Shown: in pieces, positions 1 through 9,386 of the stretch
Layout: the number at the start of each line of letters is the position of its first letter
How positions within the stretch are numbered: position 1 is the stretch's first letter
From: Alphaproteobacteria bacterium
GTDB lineage: Bacteria; Pseudomonadota; Alphaproteobacteria; SHVV01
Direction: 5' to 3'
NCBI GenBank assembly: GCA_965224275.1
Contig: CBDCYR010000009.1
Location: forward strand, 235,533 to 299,532
DNA length: 64,000 nucleotides
The notes under the pieces: model-generated
The model's input: the letters and a program-made list of their open reading frames with translations, nothing else
Told to the model about the DNA's origin: nothing
Database searches by the model: none
Made by a program: the position numbers and the translations under genes

Positions 1-1333
1 CAGGGGAGACATAGCCGATGCGCAGCTTGCGATTGCTTGACGTTGAAGGTGAGTGGGGTCGCGTGGCCGTGGTCTGCCCTTGCATCGTGCGTTCGATCTC
101 GTTCGACATTGCCCGGGCGACGGCCAGCCTCAACGACGGTGACGCCGGCGTCCCGGCGATTCCAAACGGTGGTGCGGAAACGGTCTCGCCGGCGGTTCGC
201 TTGCGTTCCAATGAGCCAAGCATCCGCTCGATCACCGCGTCGAGGTCACGCCAATCACATTGATACATAAGGGCATGCACCAAAAACGGCAGTGCCGAGT
301 CGAACGACGGGTCGCTAGCGAGCGCTTGGCGAAACGCCACGGCTGCTTCCTGGTGGCGTCCCAGTGTTTGGTAAATGTGTCCCAGATTGACGTGGGTGTC
401 GGCAACATCAGGCGCCAGATTCGCGGCAACTTCATAGAGTTCGACCGCATCCTCGTGGAGTCCGGTTGCCATCAACGAGATGGCGAGATTGTTGATGGCT
501 TGGAGATAATTGCTGCGTAGATCGATGGCGCGCCGGAACGCCGCGATCGCCTCCGAGTGGCGTGCTGCGCGCTGGTGCAACAGGCCCAGCGCGTTGAGGG
601 CGGCGGGGTCGTCGGGATAGTCGTCCAAATAGTTCTGGACCTCGCTGGCCGCGCGCTGAAGGTCGCCAAATTCGATGCGCAGCTGTGCCCGATTTAGGCG
701 CGCCGCCGCCAATTTCGGGTCGTGGCTCAGCGCCCGATCATATGCGGCTAGGGCTGGTTCGTAGTTGCGTTCCGCTTCGTAGGCATTGCCCAGGCTGTTC
801 CATGCCGCGGCAAAATCTGAACGCAATTCGATTGCTCGGGTTAACGACTCGATTGCTTCGGCCGGGCGCTTGAGACTGAGAAGGGCAGTCCCGAGATTGC
901 TATGGACCTCGGCGACATCGGGGGCAGTGGCGATGGCCTGGCGGTAGTAGCGAACCGCTGCTTCGTTATCGCCGTCGGACTGTGCCGATGTTCCAAGATA
1001 GAACGCAGCTTCCGCATCGCCGGCGTTGCGCGAAATCGCCTCCGTTAAGAGTTTGCGCGCCAGGTCGGTGTCACCGCGTTTGGCATGGATGAGGCCGGCA
1101 TTGCGTTGCGCCTGCGGGTCGTCTGGTGTTATCGCGAGTGTGCGTTCGCAACATGCCAGCGCTTCATCAAGGGTGTTCTCCGCGATGAGCACGCTGGTGA
1201 GGTTGGTCAGCGCACCAATATGCCGGGGATCGGCATCGAGAACGCGTCGATATTCGGCCTTTGCCGCCTCAGCATGCCCCGCTTGTTGCAGCGAAAGGGC
1301 GGCGGCAAAACCGCTGTGGACGTCGTAGGTCAC
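1..1333 (-). CDS. TPR-repeat protein with SPY/OGT-type glycosyltransferase C-terminal region (partial; C-terminus lies outside the window)
   Basis: The minus-strand frame is open from GTG at 1333-1331 to the window edge. It is absent from the ORF track because its stop lies outside the window. My translation starts VTYDVHSGFAAALSLQQAGHAEAAKAEYRRVLDADPRHIGALTNL, continues through tandem TPR units (AWNSLGNAYEAERNYEPALAAYDRALSHDP etc.), and ends ...MYQCDWRDLDAVIERML...RKLRIGYVSP. That ending is typical of the junction to a SPINDLY/O-GlcNAc-transferase-like domain. Confidence 0.72.
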   Translation of the reverse strand, partial: MTYDVHSGFAAALSLQQAGHAEAAKAEYRRVLDADPRHIGALTNLTSVLIAENTLDEALACCERTLAITPDDPQAQRNAGLIHAKRGDTDLARKLLTEAISRNAGDAEAAFYLGTSAQSDGDNEAAVRYYRQAIATAPDVAEVHSNLGTALLSLKRPAEAIESLTRAIELRSDFAAAWNSLGNAYEAERNYEPALAAYDRALSHDPKLAAARLNRAQLRIEFGDLQRAASEVQNYLDDYPDDPAALNALGLLHQRAARHSEAIAAFRRAIDLRSNYLQAINNLAISLMATGLHEDAVELYEVAANLAPDVADTHVNLGHIYQTLGRHQEAAVAFRQALASDPSFDSALPFLVHALMYQCDWRDLDAVIERMLGSLERKRTAGETVSAPPFGIAGTPASPSLRLAVARAMSNEIERTMQGQTTATRPHSPSTSSNRKLRIGYVSP

Positions 1334-1492
1334 CTGTGAAGCCTAGATCTCATTGCTGCTGAGCACCCCCAGCCCGATCGCCCCTCATCGTCCACGAACG
1401 ATCGACGATGTGCTACACGATGGAGGAATTGACGGACGCGCCTTCGTGGCTGAAGGCTCGATCGGTTTATCTTAGGACGGGACCAACGCGAA

Positions 1493-2575
1493 ATGAATCT
1501 TGATCTCACAGCGCGTTACTACGGCAACGAACTTGGTGTTTGGATGGTTGCCGCCGCTGTCGGCTTGGCGGTGCTGGTCGCGCTTTATGTCGTCCGGCGA
1601 TCGATCGGCCGTCGATTGCATCGTGTGGACGTCGATATCCGCAACGACTGGGCCGAAGCGGTGTATGTCAGCGTCATCCGAGGCGGCACATGGTTGCCAA
1701 TAATTCTGGTAACCGCAGTCTACGCGGCAATCTATTTCCTCGAGTTGCCGCCAGCGTTGGACACCCTGGTCGATCGGGTCATCGTTATCGCCCTGCTGTT
1801 ACAGACGGCGTTGTGGGGGTCTCGGTTTATCGGTGTGGGTATTGCCGATTACACGCGCCGGCGCCGCGCCGTCGATCCGTCGAGCGCGTCGGGGATTCAC
1901 ATCATCAGCGTTATCGCGCGTGCCGCATTGTGGGCTGTCGTCGCGCTGGTTGTACTCGACAATCTTGGCATCGACATTACGGCGCTGATCGCCGGGTTGG
2001 GTATTGGCGGCATTGCGATCGCACTGGCCGCGCAAAATATTCTCGGTGATCTGTTCTCTTCCCTATCGATCATTTTGGACAAGCCGTTTGAAGCCGGCGA
2101 CTTCGTCATCTTTGGCGCTGAGGCCGGCACGATCGAGCGGATCGGTATAAAAACGACACGGGTGCGGAGTCTCACGGGCGAGGAGATCGTGGTATCAAAC
2201 TCCGATTTATTATCGGCCCGCATTCGCAACTTCAGGCGCATGAACGAACGCCGCGGTCAGTTCGTTTTGGGTGTCGAATACGGGACCTCGATCGACAAAC
2301 TTGAGCGCATCCCGAATATCATTCGTGAGATCATCGACCAGCATCCGACCACCAGATTTGACCGGGTTCATTTCAAGGAATACGGCGATTTCTCACTGAA
2401 TTTCGAGACCGTGTATTACGTCAATAGCCGCGAGTATCAGGTCTTTATGGATACCGTTCAGGACATTAATTTCAGTATCTACAGGGCATTTACCGACGCC
2501 GGCATCGAGTTTGCGTTCCCAACCCAAACGCTGCATTTCATTAAGGACCCGATCGAGCGAACCGGCGCTGTTTAG
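1493..2575 (+). CDS. Mechanosensitive ion channel (MscS family)
   Basis: 360-aa ORF with N-terminal TM helices. The core GIAIALAAQNILGDLFSSLSIILDKPFEAGDFV...GTIERIGIKTTRVRSLTGEEIVVSNSDL is characteristic of the MscS pore and beta domain. Confidence 0.85.
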   Translation: MNLDLTARYYGNELGVWMVAAAVGLAVLVALYVVRRSIGRRLHRVDVDIRNDWAEAVYVSVIRGGTWLPIILVTAVYAAIYFLELPPALDTLVDRVIVIALLLQTALWGSRFIGVGIADYTRRRRAVDPSSASGIHIISVIARAALWAVVALVVLDNLGIDITALIAGLGIGGIAIALAAQNILGDLFSSLSIILDKPFEAGDFVIFGAEAGTIERIGIKTTRVRSLTGEEIVVSNSDLLSARIRNFRRMNERRGQFVLGVEYGTSIDKLERIPNIIREIIDQHPTTRFDRVHFKEYGDFSLNFETVYYVNSREYQVFMDTVQDINFSIYRAFTDAGIEFAFPTQTLHFIKDPIERTGAV

Positions 2576-2624
2576 CTCGGTTCAGCAAGAAACCTTAAGT
2601 CTTCACGTTAATTCGAGGAAAGTC

Positions 2625-3434
2625 ATGGCGATCACTGCAAGTAACTTTCGTCCGGTGCGGCAGTTTGGGGCGATAAATTGGCTCGGCGTCTACACCCTTT
2701 ATGCCAAAGAAGTGCAGCGCTACCTCAAAATTGCCGGCCAAACCGTGTTCGCGCCCATGGTGACGAGCCTGCTGTTTCTTGCCGTGTTCTCACTGGCACT
2801 CGGCAGAGCCGCCCAAACCATTCACGGAACACCCTACCTTGTCTATCTTGCACCTGGCCTGATCGTTATGGCGGTGATGCAGAATTCCTTCGCCAATACG
2901 TCATCGTCGATGATCGTTGCCAAGATTCAGGGCACCGTCGTCGATGTGCTCATGCCACCGCTCAGCGCCGGAGAACTGACCTTTGCATTCGTCATCAGTG
3001 GTGCCACACGTGGCCTGATGGTCGCGATAGCGGTGCTGATCGGAATGGCGTTCTTCGTTCCGATTCGGTTTCACGATATCGGCGCGATCGTCTTTTTTAC
3101 GTTGGCGGCTTCATTGGTGATGTCGTTGATCGGGCTCATTGTCGGGATCTGGGCCGAGAAGTTCGACAACATCGCCTTCATCACCAATTTCGTGATTATG
3201 CCGCTGTCGTTCCTGTCAGGGACTTTCTACTCGATCGATCGCCTACCGGGAATTTGGCAGACTTTCCTGCATGTTAATCCGTTTTTCTACATGATCGACG
3301 GGCTGCGCTACGGCTTTATCGGCCGTGCCGAAAGCTCGTTGTGGGTTGGGACAATCGGTCTTGTGACGCTGATTGCGATTCTTTGGACCGCGAGTTACGT
3401 CATGTTTGTTCGCGGCTATAAGCTAAAGGCGTAA
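2625..3434 (+). CDS. ABC-2 type transporter permease (YadH-like)
   Basis: The likely start is ATG 2625, preceded by GAGGAA; the longer 2511 ORF overlaps the MscS gene. The protein is a six-TM hydrophobic profile beginning MAITASNFRPVRQFGAINWLGVYTLYAKEVQRYLK, which fits the ABC-2 permease family. Confidence 0.78.
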   Translation: MAITASNFRPVRQFGAINWLGVYTLYAKEVQRYLKIAGQTVFAPMVTSLLFLAVFSLALGRAAQTIHGTPYLVYLAPGLIVMAVMQNSFANTSSSMIVAKIQGTVVDVLMPPLSAGELTFAFVISGATRGLMVAIAVLIGMAFFVPIRFHDIGAIVFFTLAASLVMSLIGLIVGIWAEKFDNIAFITNFVIMPLSFLSGTFYSIDRLPGIWQTFLHVNPFFYMIDGLRYGFIGRAESSLWVGTIGLVTLIAILWTASYVMFVRGYKLKA

Positions 3435-3531
3435 TTTCCTAAGCCAAGCTGATTGGCAACGCTGAGAAATTGACGCCCGATAGGGCTGTCACCATACTCA
3501 CGGGCATCCGTTGCAGTTCACGAAACGATGA

Positions 3532-4719
3532 GTGGTGAGCGACATGACCTCGCCTGTTATGCCGACCTATGCACGCGCCGACGTTGCTTTTGAGCGCGGT
3601 GAGGGCCCCTATCTGTTTACCGCCTCTGGTGAGCGTTATCTCGATTTCAGCTGTGGCATCGCGGTTACGTCGTTGGGCCATTGCCACCCTCATCTGGTCG
3701 AAGCTCTCAAGGCTCAGGCAGAGAAGCTTTGGCACACCTCCAATCTGTATCGCATCGACGGTCAGGAGCGCCTCGCCGAGCGTTTGGTGGCGCACAGCTT
3801 CGCCGAAACCGTGTTTTTCGGAAACTCCGGCGCCGAAGCGCTCGAATGCAGCATCAAGCTCGCGCGCAAATACCAAAGCGCGATCGGCGCGCCGGAACGC
3901 TATCGCGTCCTCACGTTTGAAGGCGCGTTTCATGGGCGCACGCTCGCCACGCTCGCGGCTGGCGGGCAGGAGAAGCATCTCGAAGGTTTTGGGCCCGTCG
4001 TCGAGGGTTTCGATCAAGTCGATTGGGGCGACGTTGCGGCCGCTCGCGACGCGATTGGTGAGCATACCGCTGCAATTCTTGTCGAACCGATCGAAGGCGA
4101 AAGCGGTGTGCGCATGCCGGCGAAGAATTTTCTTCAAGATCTCCGATCGCTGGCGGACGAGCACGGCGTGTTGTTGATGCTCGACGAAGTACAGACGGGC
4201 ATGGGGCGGACCGGCAGATTCCTCGCGCACGAGCATTGGGGCATAACCCCAGACGTGGCGGCGATCGCCAAAGCCCTTGGCGGCGGCTTTCCGATCGGTG
4301 CCTGCCTGGCGACCGCAACCGCGGCGCAGGGAATGATCGCTGGAACCCATGGCTCGACGTTCGGGGGAAATCCACTTGCCGTCGCGGCAGCGAATGCTGT
4401 GCTCGACGTCATGTTGGCAGACGGGTTCTTCGACCACGTCGAAACCATGCACCAGAAACTTATCGAGGGTGTTGATGGCATTGCCCGCCGCTACCAGGGT
4501 GTCATTGCCGAGGTACGCGGCCTTGGCATGTTAATCGGCATGCGCTGCGTCGGACCTAACGCCGATCTTGTGGCGGCGCTACGCGAGCGCGAGATGCTTG
4601 TGGTGCCTGCTGGCGACAACGTCGTGCGGTTGCTGCCGCCGCTGATCATCGGCGAGAGCCATATCAACGAGGCGCTTGAGAAATTGGCTGATGCGTGCGC
4701 GGAGATCGCTGCAAAATGA
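3532..4719 (+). CDS. argD: Acetylornithine aminotransferase
   Basis: [39 protein letters not shown] and the PLP-lysine region [11 protein letters not shown]...TFGGNPLA. The start may be ATG 3544 rather than GTG 3532. The stop overlaps the argF start (ATGA). Confidence 0.9.
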   Translation: MVSDMTSPVMPTYARADVAFERGEGPYLFTASGERYLDFSCGIAVTSLGHCHPHLVEALKAQAEKLWHTSNLYRIDGQERLAERLVAHSFAETVFFGNSGAEALECSIKLARKYQSAIGAPERYRVLTFEGAFHGRTLATLAAGGQEKHLEGFGPVVEGFDQVDWGDVAAARDAIGEHTAAILVEPIEGESGVRMPAKNFLQDLRSLADEHGVLLMLDEVQTGMGRTGRFLAHEHWGITPDVAAIAKALGGGFPIGACLATATAAQGMIAGTHGSTFGGNPLAVAAANAVLDVMLADGFFDHVETMHQKLIEGVDGIARRYQGVIAEVRGLGMLIGMRCVGPNADLVAALREREMLVVPAGDNVVRLLPPLIIGESHINEALEKLADACAEIAAK

Positions 4720-5627
4720 ACCCACCGCGCCATTTTCTCGACCTTGACGCGCTCGATACCAACACCCTTCGAAATATCCTGCAGAGCGCCGAGCAATCGC
4801 GCGCGCAGGGCGCGCTGGGCGGCGAACAACCGCTCGCGGGTCGGGTTCTCGCGTTGATCTTTGAATCACCGTCGACCCGAACCCGCGTGTCCTTCGAAGT
4901 CGCCATGCGCCAGCTTGGCGGCCAAACCGTTTTCCTGCGCGGCGAGGAGATGCAGTTAGGTCGCGGAGAAACGGTTGCCGACACCGCGCGGGTGTTATCG
5001 CGCTACGTCGACGCAATCATGATCCGTGCCCAGCACCACGACATGCTACTGGAGTTGGCTGAATATGCCGATGTGCCGGTGATAAACGGCCTTACGGACA
5101 ACACACATCCGTGCCAGTTGATGGCCGACGTCTTGACGTTCGAACAACACCGCGGGTCGATTGCCGGCAAGACCGTCGCATGGACCGGCGACGGCAATAA
5201 CGTCGCTAGGTCTTGGATCCATGCCGCCGTCCGGTTTGACTTCGAACTTCAGATGGCCTGCCCAGAGGGGCTTCGCCCGCCGTCCGCGGTGCTTGATTGG
5301 GCGCGCGACGAGGGTGGCCGGGTGACGCTTCATGATGATCCTGAAGCCGCCGTCGAAGGTGTCGATTGCGTTGTAACCGATGCCTGGGTGTCGATGGGGG
5401 ATGACCCGGCCCAGGATCGCCATAACCTGCTGGCGGCATATCAGGTTAACGAGCGGTTGATGGCACGCGCTGACCCGGACGCCGTATTTATGCATTGCCT
5501 GCCGGCGCATCGCGGCGAAGAGGTAACCGGCGGCGTTATTGATGGCCCGCAATCGATTGTATGGGACGAGGCTGAGAACCGGCTTCATGCTCAAAAAGCA
5601 ATTCTCGCTTGGTGCTTCGAAACGTGA
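4716..5627 (+). CDS. argF: Ornithine carbamoyltransferase
   Basis: [13 protein letters not shown], the carbamoyl-phosphate motif [21 protein letters not shown], and [14 protein letters not shown] 4716 overlaps the argD TGA. Confidence 0.92.
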   Translation: MNPPRHFLDLDALDTNTLRNILQSAEQSRAQGALGGEQPLAGRVLALIFESPSTRTRVSFEVAMRQLGGQTVFLRGEEMQLGRGETVADTARVLSRYVDAIMIRAQHHDMLLELAEYADVPVINGLTDNTHPCQLMADVLTFEQHRGSIAGKTVAWTGDGNNVARSWIHAAVRFDFELQMACPEGLRPPSAVLDWARDEGGRVTLHDDPEAAVEGVDCVVTDAWVSMGDDPAQDRHNLLAAYQVNERLMARADPDAVFMHCLPAHRGEEVTGGVIDGPQSIVWDEAENRLHAQKAILAWCFET

Positions 5628-6577
5628 GTGGATCCGCAGAACCGATCGACGTGCAGGACGACTTCACGCTGCCGTTTCAGGTTGATGCGCTAGACCTCCG
5701 CGGACGGGTCGTCAGATTGGGGCCGGCAATCGATGCGATGCTCTCTCAGCACGATTATCCCGAACCGGTTGCTAACATGTTGGGTGAACTTGTGGTTGCG
5801 ACAGCACTGCTGGCCGGAGCCCTGAAGTTCGACGGCATTCTAACCACCCAAATAAAAAGCGACGGTCCGATTGGCCTTATCGTCGTCGATTTCAAAACGC
5901 CTGGATATTTGCGGGCTTACGCACGATTCGATGAAATTGAGGTGGCCAACGCCATCTCGGTCGCGGCGCGTTATGGCAATCCGGTTCAGTGCTTTCTCGG
6001 CCGGGGAAATCTCGCGATAACCGTGGATCAGGGTCCGGATACCGAACGCTACCAGGGAATGGTCGAGCTGATCGGCAAAACTCTGCTCGACTGCGTCCAT
6101 CACTATCTCAAGCAATCCGAACAACACAATGCCTTGATGCGCGTTGCCGTCAAAGCTCCAGATATCGCATTCGCCGATCCCGGTTGGCGCGCGGGCGGAC
6201 TAATGGTTCAGCACATGCCGGGATTACTTGCCGGCCGCCTACAGGATGAGCGTATCCAAGATGAACATCTCGACCTTTGGACACGCGCCGAAGCATTGGC
6301 GTCGAGCACGCGGCAGGATGAACTCGTGGACCCCTCACTCGGACCGGACGCGTTGTTATGGCGCTTGTTTCACCTCGATGGTGTGCGGGTGTTTCAACCG
6401 GCGACGCTTGAAAACAAATGCCGGTGCGGTCGCGATCGAATCCTCGGGGTGATGTCATCGTTTCCAGCCGACGAATTGGAATCGATGGTGGTGGATGAAA
6501 AAATCGAAGTCACTTGCGAATTCTGCAACCGAAAGTACGACTTCACTTTGTCTGAGATCACGACCCATGCCGGCTGA
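5609..6577 (+). CDS. hslO: Hsp33 family redox-regulated chaperone
   Basis: C-terminal zinc centre CRCGRDRI...CEFCNRKY (CXC...CXXC) and the Hsp33 N-terminal fold sequence. An alternative GTG start at 5624 overlaps the argF stop. Confidence 0.88.
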   Translation: MVLRNVSGSAEPIDVQDDFTLPFQVDALDLRGRVVRLGPAIDAMLSQHDYPEPVANMLGELVVATALLAGALKFDGILTTQIKSDGPIGLIVVDFKTPGYLRAYARFDEIEVANAISVAARYGNPVQCFLGRGNLAITVDQGPDTERYQGMVELIGKTLLDCVHHYLKQSEQHNALMRVAVKAPDIAFADPGWRAGGLMVQHMPGLLAGRLQDERIQDEHLDLWTRAEALASSTRQDELVDPSLGPDALLWRLFHLDGVRVFQPATLENKCRCGRDRILGVMSSFPADELESMVVDEKIEVTCEFCNRKYDFTLSEITTHAG

Positions 6578-6624
6578 AAATCAACGTTGCCCCCGCCAGC
6601 GGCCTCGCCCACAATGGTCGTGCG

Positions 6625-7239
6625 ATGAAAACCCAGTTGCGACCTTTCGTGCGCTCAAGCGTCGTCGTGATGGTGGCGGTGCTCGTGGTAAGCATTCTTG
6701 CCGCGTGCGAAGCAAGCCCCACCAAACCAGCTACGCCCGAGCTGACCTACTCGAACCTAGGTTCCATCCGGCTCGACGTTGCCAAGATCGAAATCATTGA
6801 TGAGTATCTCCCGCCGCTAAAGCGTCCCAATGTCGAGCACGAGTTTCCCATCTCTCCGTCCGAAGCCGTGCAACGCTGGGCGCGCGATCGATTGGTCGCA
6901 GGTGGACGGGAAAGAACCGCTCGCTTCATCATTCGCACGGCCGATGTGCGGGAGATTGCGCTCAAGAAGAAAACCGGCCTTCGCGGATTACTGACCTCGG
7001 ATCAATCCGAGCGCTACGAGGGCCGTGTCACCGTTGTTCTTGAGATTCGATCTACCCGTGGCTTCCGGGACGCATTCGCCGAAGCGACTTCGGAGCACTC
7101 TCGGACCATCACCGAGAACGCAAGCCTTAACCAGCGCGAACAGCTATTTTTCGAAATAACGGAACGGCTGGTCAGCGATCTCAACGCCGAGATCGAGGAA
7201 CAAATCGCGGCGCATCTGGCGCCCTACCGACTCCTTTAG
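6625..7239 (+). CDS. Hypothetical lipoprotein
   Basis: Signal peptide with a lipobox-like VSILAAC followed by a soluble domain. I recognise no family motif. Confidence 0.6.
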   Translation: MKTQLRPFVRSSVVVMVAVLVVSILAACEASPTKPATPELTYSNLGSIRLDVAKIEIIDEYLPPLKRPNVEHEFPISPSEAVQRWARDRLVAGGRERTARFIIRTADVREIALKKKTGLRGLLTSDQSERYEGRVTVVLEIRSTRGFRDAFAEATSEHSRTITENASLNQREQLFFEITERLVSDLNAEIEEQIAAHLAPYRLL

Positions 7240-7363
7240 CCCAGATCCAAGGCGACTCCTTAGATTTTTCGGACTCCGTCGGTTCGAAACCCGCGTCAAT
7301 TGATAAGGGGTTGCCGATCGGCGATACACTCCCCATATTAATTCAAACGACCGACCGAAAAAT

Positions 7364-8146
7364 ATGCCCACTGGTTCCTCACCCTCACCTCGATACGACG
7401 TCAAAGCGAGACACGCGGGCGCAGGTGGCGCGGATTTGGAGCCCCACCGATTGCCATTGCATAAACGGGGCCGCCCCCAGGGCAGCGGCACCGATGCGCG
7501 TGAACGTCTCCTGGAGGCCGCGGGCAGGTTGTTCGCTGAACGCGGTTACGCCAGCGTGTCGACTCGAGAAGTCGCAAAATCGGCGCACGTAAATCTGTCC
7601 GCTATCAACTATCACTTTGGCAGCAAGCGCGCGCTTTACCGTTCGGTCATCGAAACCCTGGTCGCCGACCTCGAACCCCGACGTTCAGCGCTTGTCGTGC
7701 TGCTCTCCCAAGCGGTCGAGGCTGCCAACGGGGATCGTGCCAAATTGGCCGCGGTGGCTCGTAGGTTTGTTCAGGGTGTACTCGGCTTCATGCTGGGCGA
7801 CGACATGCCGAGTTGGCACATGCAACTGATTCTTCGCGAGGTCAATCAACCCGCGATCGGTTTCGATCTTATCCTTGAGGGGCATCTCAATCCGCTGCAT
7901 GACGCGATTGCCCAGTTGGTCGGCGCGGCAACCGGTCAGGATCCGCTGAGTGCTTCGAGTCGGCTGTTAACGCAGTCGGTTGTTGGCATGTGCCTTTCAT
8001 TCGGACCCGTGCGCTCGGTCGTACTGGCGCGCCTCGAGTGGGACCAATACACGCCTGAACGCATCGCCCAGGTAGTTGCGGTGGTGGCACCGGCGGTGGT
8101 GCGCGCGCTCGGTCTCGATTCCCACGAAGCGTCGGTGGCGTCCTGA
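7364..8146 (+). CDS. TetR/AcrR family transcriptional regulator
   Basis: HTH region RERLLEAAGRLFAERGYASVSTREVAKSAHVNLSAINYHFGSKRALY. The stop overlaps the start of the downstream adaptor gene by 1 nt (TGATG). The start position is uncertain. Confidence 0.8.
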   Translation: MPTGSSPSPRYDVKARHAGAGGADLEPHRLPLHKRGRPQGSGTDARERLLEAAGRLFAERGYASVSTREVAKSAHVNLSAINYHFGSKRALYRSVIETLVADLEPRRSALVVLLSQAVEAANGDRAKLAAVARRFVQGVLGFMLGDDMPSWHMQLILREVNQPAIGFDLILEGHLNPLHDAIAQLVGAATGQDPLSASSRLLTQSVVGMCLSFGPVRSVVLARLEWDQYTPERIAQVVAVVAPAVVRALGLDSHEASVAS

Positions 8147-9384
8147 TGAACCGACTGCGTCGTATCCTCCTTCCGGTCGCGGTTATTGGCGTTGCCGTCG
8201 TCGTCGCGGGGTTCCTAGCGGGGACGCGCCCCGAGCTTGATCGTCAACCCGCCCAGGAAAGGATTTGGCCGGTTGCGGCGGTCGAGGTTGACCACACCAA
8301 CGTCCAGCCGGCGTTTCGTGTTTATGGCGAAGTCGTCGCCGGACGCGAGGTCGAGCTACGGGCGCTTGTCGCCGGTATTGTCGTCGAGACGAGCCTTGCA
8401 TTGGTAGAGGGTGGTCTCTTAAAAAAGGGCGAGCTTATTCTGGCAATCGACGAGTTCGATTTCCGCGCGACGCTCGACGAGAAACGCGCCCAACTACGTG
8501 AGGCGCGGGCCAAGCTCAGCGAAGTCGATGCACGTCACCGCGGCAATCAGGAATCTCTTGGTTGGGATCGGCAGGAACTCGATCTCCTGCAGCGCGACTA
8601 CGATCGCGCCGAGAAACTACGCACCCGCGGCAACGTCTCGGAAAAATTTCTCGACAATGCGCGCATGGCGCTCATGAACCAGCGTCGAGCCGTTGTGAAC
8701 GACGAAACCAATGTTGCGACCGAAGCAGCGCGCCAAGAACAGCAACGCGCCATTATCCAGCGTCTAGAGGTGTCGGTTTACCAGGCCCAACGCGATCTCG
8801 CGGAAACTAAACTGTTCGCGCCGTTTGACGGGTTTCTCCATTCCGTCGCGGCAGCCAACGGCAAACGGCTAAGTGTCAACGACCGCGTCGCGACGTTGGT
8901 CGACGCAGATCGACTCGACGTTCGCCTCCATCTCTCGAACATGCAGTTTGGCCGCCTCGTGGCGAGCGGTGAAAAACCTGAGGGTCGAGCTGTCAAACTT
9001 GCCTGGCAGGTCGGTGAGCAACGCTTCGACTTTGACGCGATGATCGAGCGAATCGGCGCTCGAATCGATGCCACCACCGGCGGCGTCGAGCTTTTCGCGC
9101 GTATCCGCAGCGGTGGCCTTAATGGCCGGTTGCGGCCAGGCGCCTTTGTCGATGTTCACTTACCGGAACGCCGCTACGCCGACGTTGTTCCGGTTCCCGA
9201 AACCGCGCTTCACGGTGATGCCGTGTTCTTGATTGTCGAGGATCGGCTCGAAGCACGGGTCGTTGAGGTGGTCGCGACAGACGGCACCTCGGTGCTTTTG
9301 CGGGGAGACCTTACCGACGGCGAAAAAATCGTCACCACGCGTTTTCCCGAGATCGCAGCCGGTCTAAAGGTCGAGGTACGCTGA
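8146..9384 (+). CDS. Efflux RND transporter periplasmic adaptor (membrane fusion protein, HlyD family)
   Basis: N-terminal TM anchor, a coiled-coil hairpin region (RAQLREARAKLSEVDARHRG...) and beta-barrel segments. It sits directly upstream of the RND permease. Confidence 0.85.
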   Translation: MNRLRRILLPVAVIGVAVVVAGFLAGTRPELDRQPAQERIWPVAAVEVDHTNVQPAFRVYGEVVAGREVELRALVAGIVVETSLALVEGGLLKKGELILAIDEFDFRATLDEKRAQLREARAKLSEVDARHRGNQESLGWDRQELDLLQRDYDRAEKLRTRGNVSEKFLDNARMALMNQRRAVVNDETNVATEAARQEQQRAIIQRLEVSVYQAQRDLAETKLFAPFDGFLHSVAAANGKRLSVNDRVATLVDADRLDVRLHLSNMQFGRLVASGEKPEGRAVKLAWQVGEQRFDFDAMIERIGARIDATTGGVELFARIRSGGLNGRLRPGAFVDVHLPERRYADVVPVPETALHGDAVFLIVEDRLEARVVEVVATDGTSVLLRGDLTDGEKIVTTRFPEIAAGLKVEVR

Positions 9385-9386
9385 CC

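Noticed and set aside
3439-4452. Long antisense ORFs opposite well-supported genes. Examples are 3439..4452(-) opposite argD, 39420..40622(+) opposite leuC, 43208..44452(+) opposite ffh, 12297..13157(-) within trkH (other frame), 28607..29290(-) opposite pyrD/EAL, 45562..46320(-) opposite mtaB, 18264..18944(-) opposite the hydrolase, 36529..37404(+) opposite asd, and 31869..32660(+) opposite mmsA.
   Set aside because: These are typical shadow ORFs of GC-rich DNA. Their translations are Arg/Pro/Gly/Ala-rich with no motifs, and the opposite-strand frames carry unambiguous conserved signatures.
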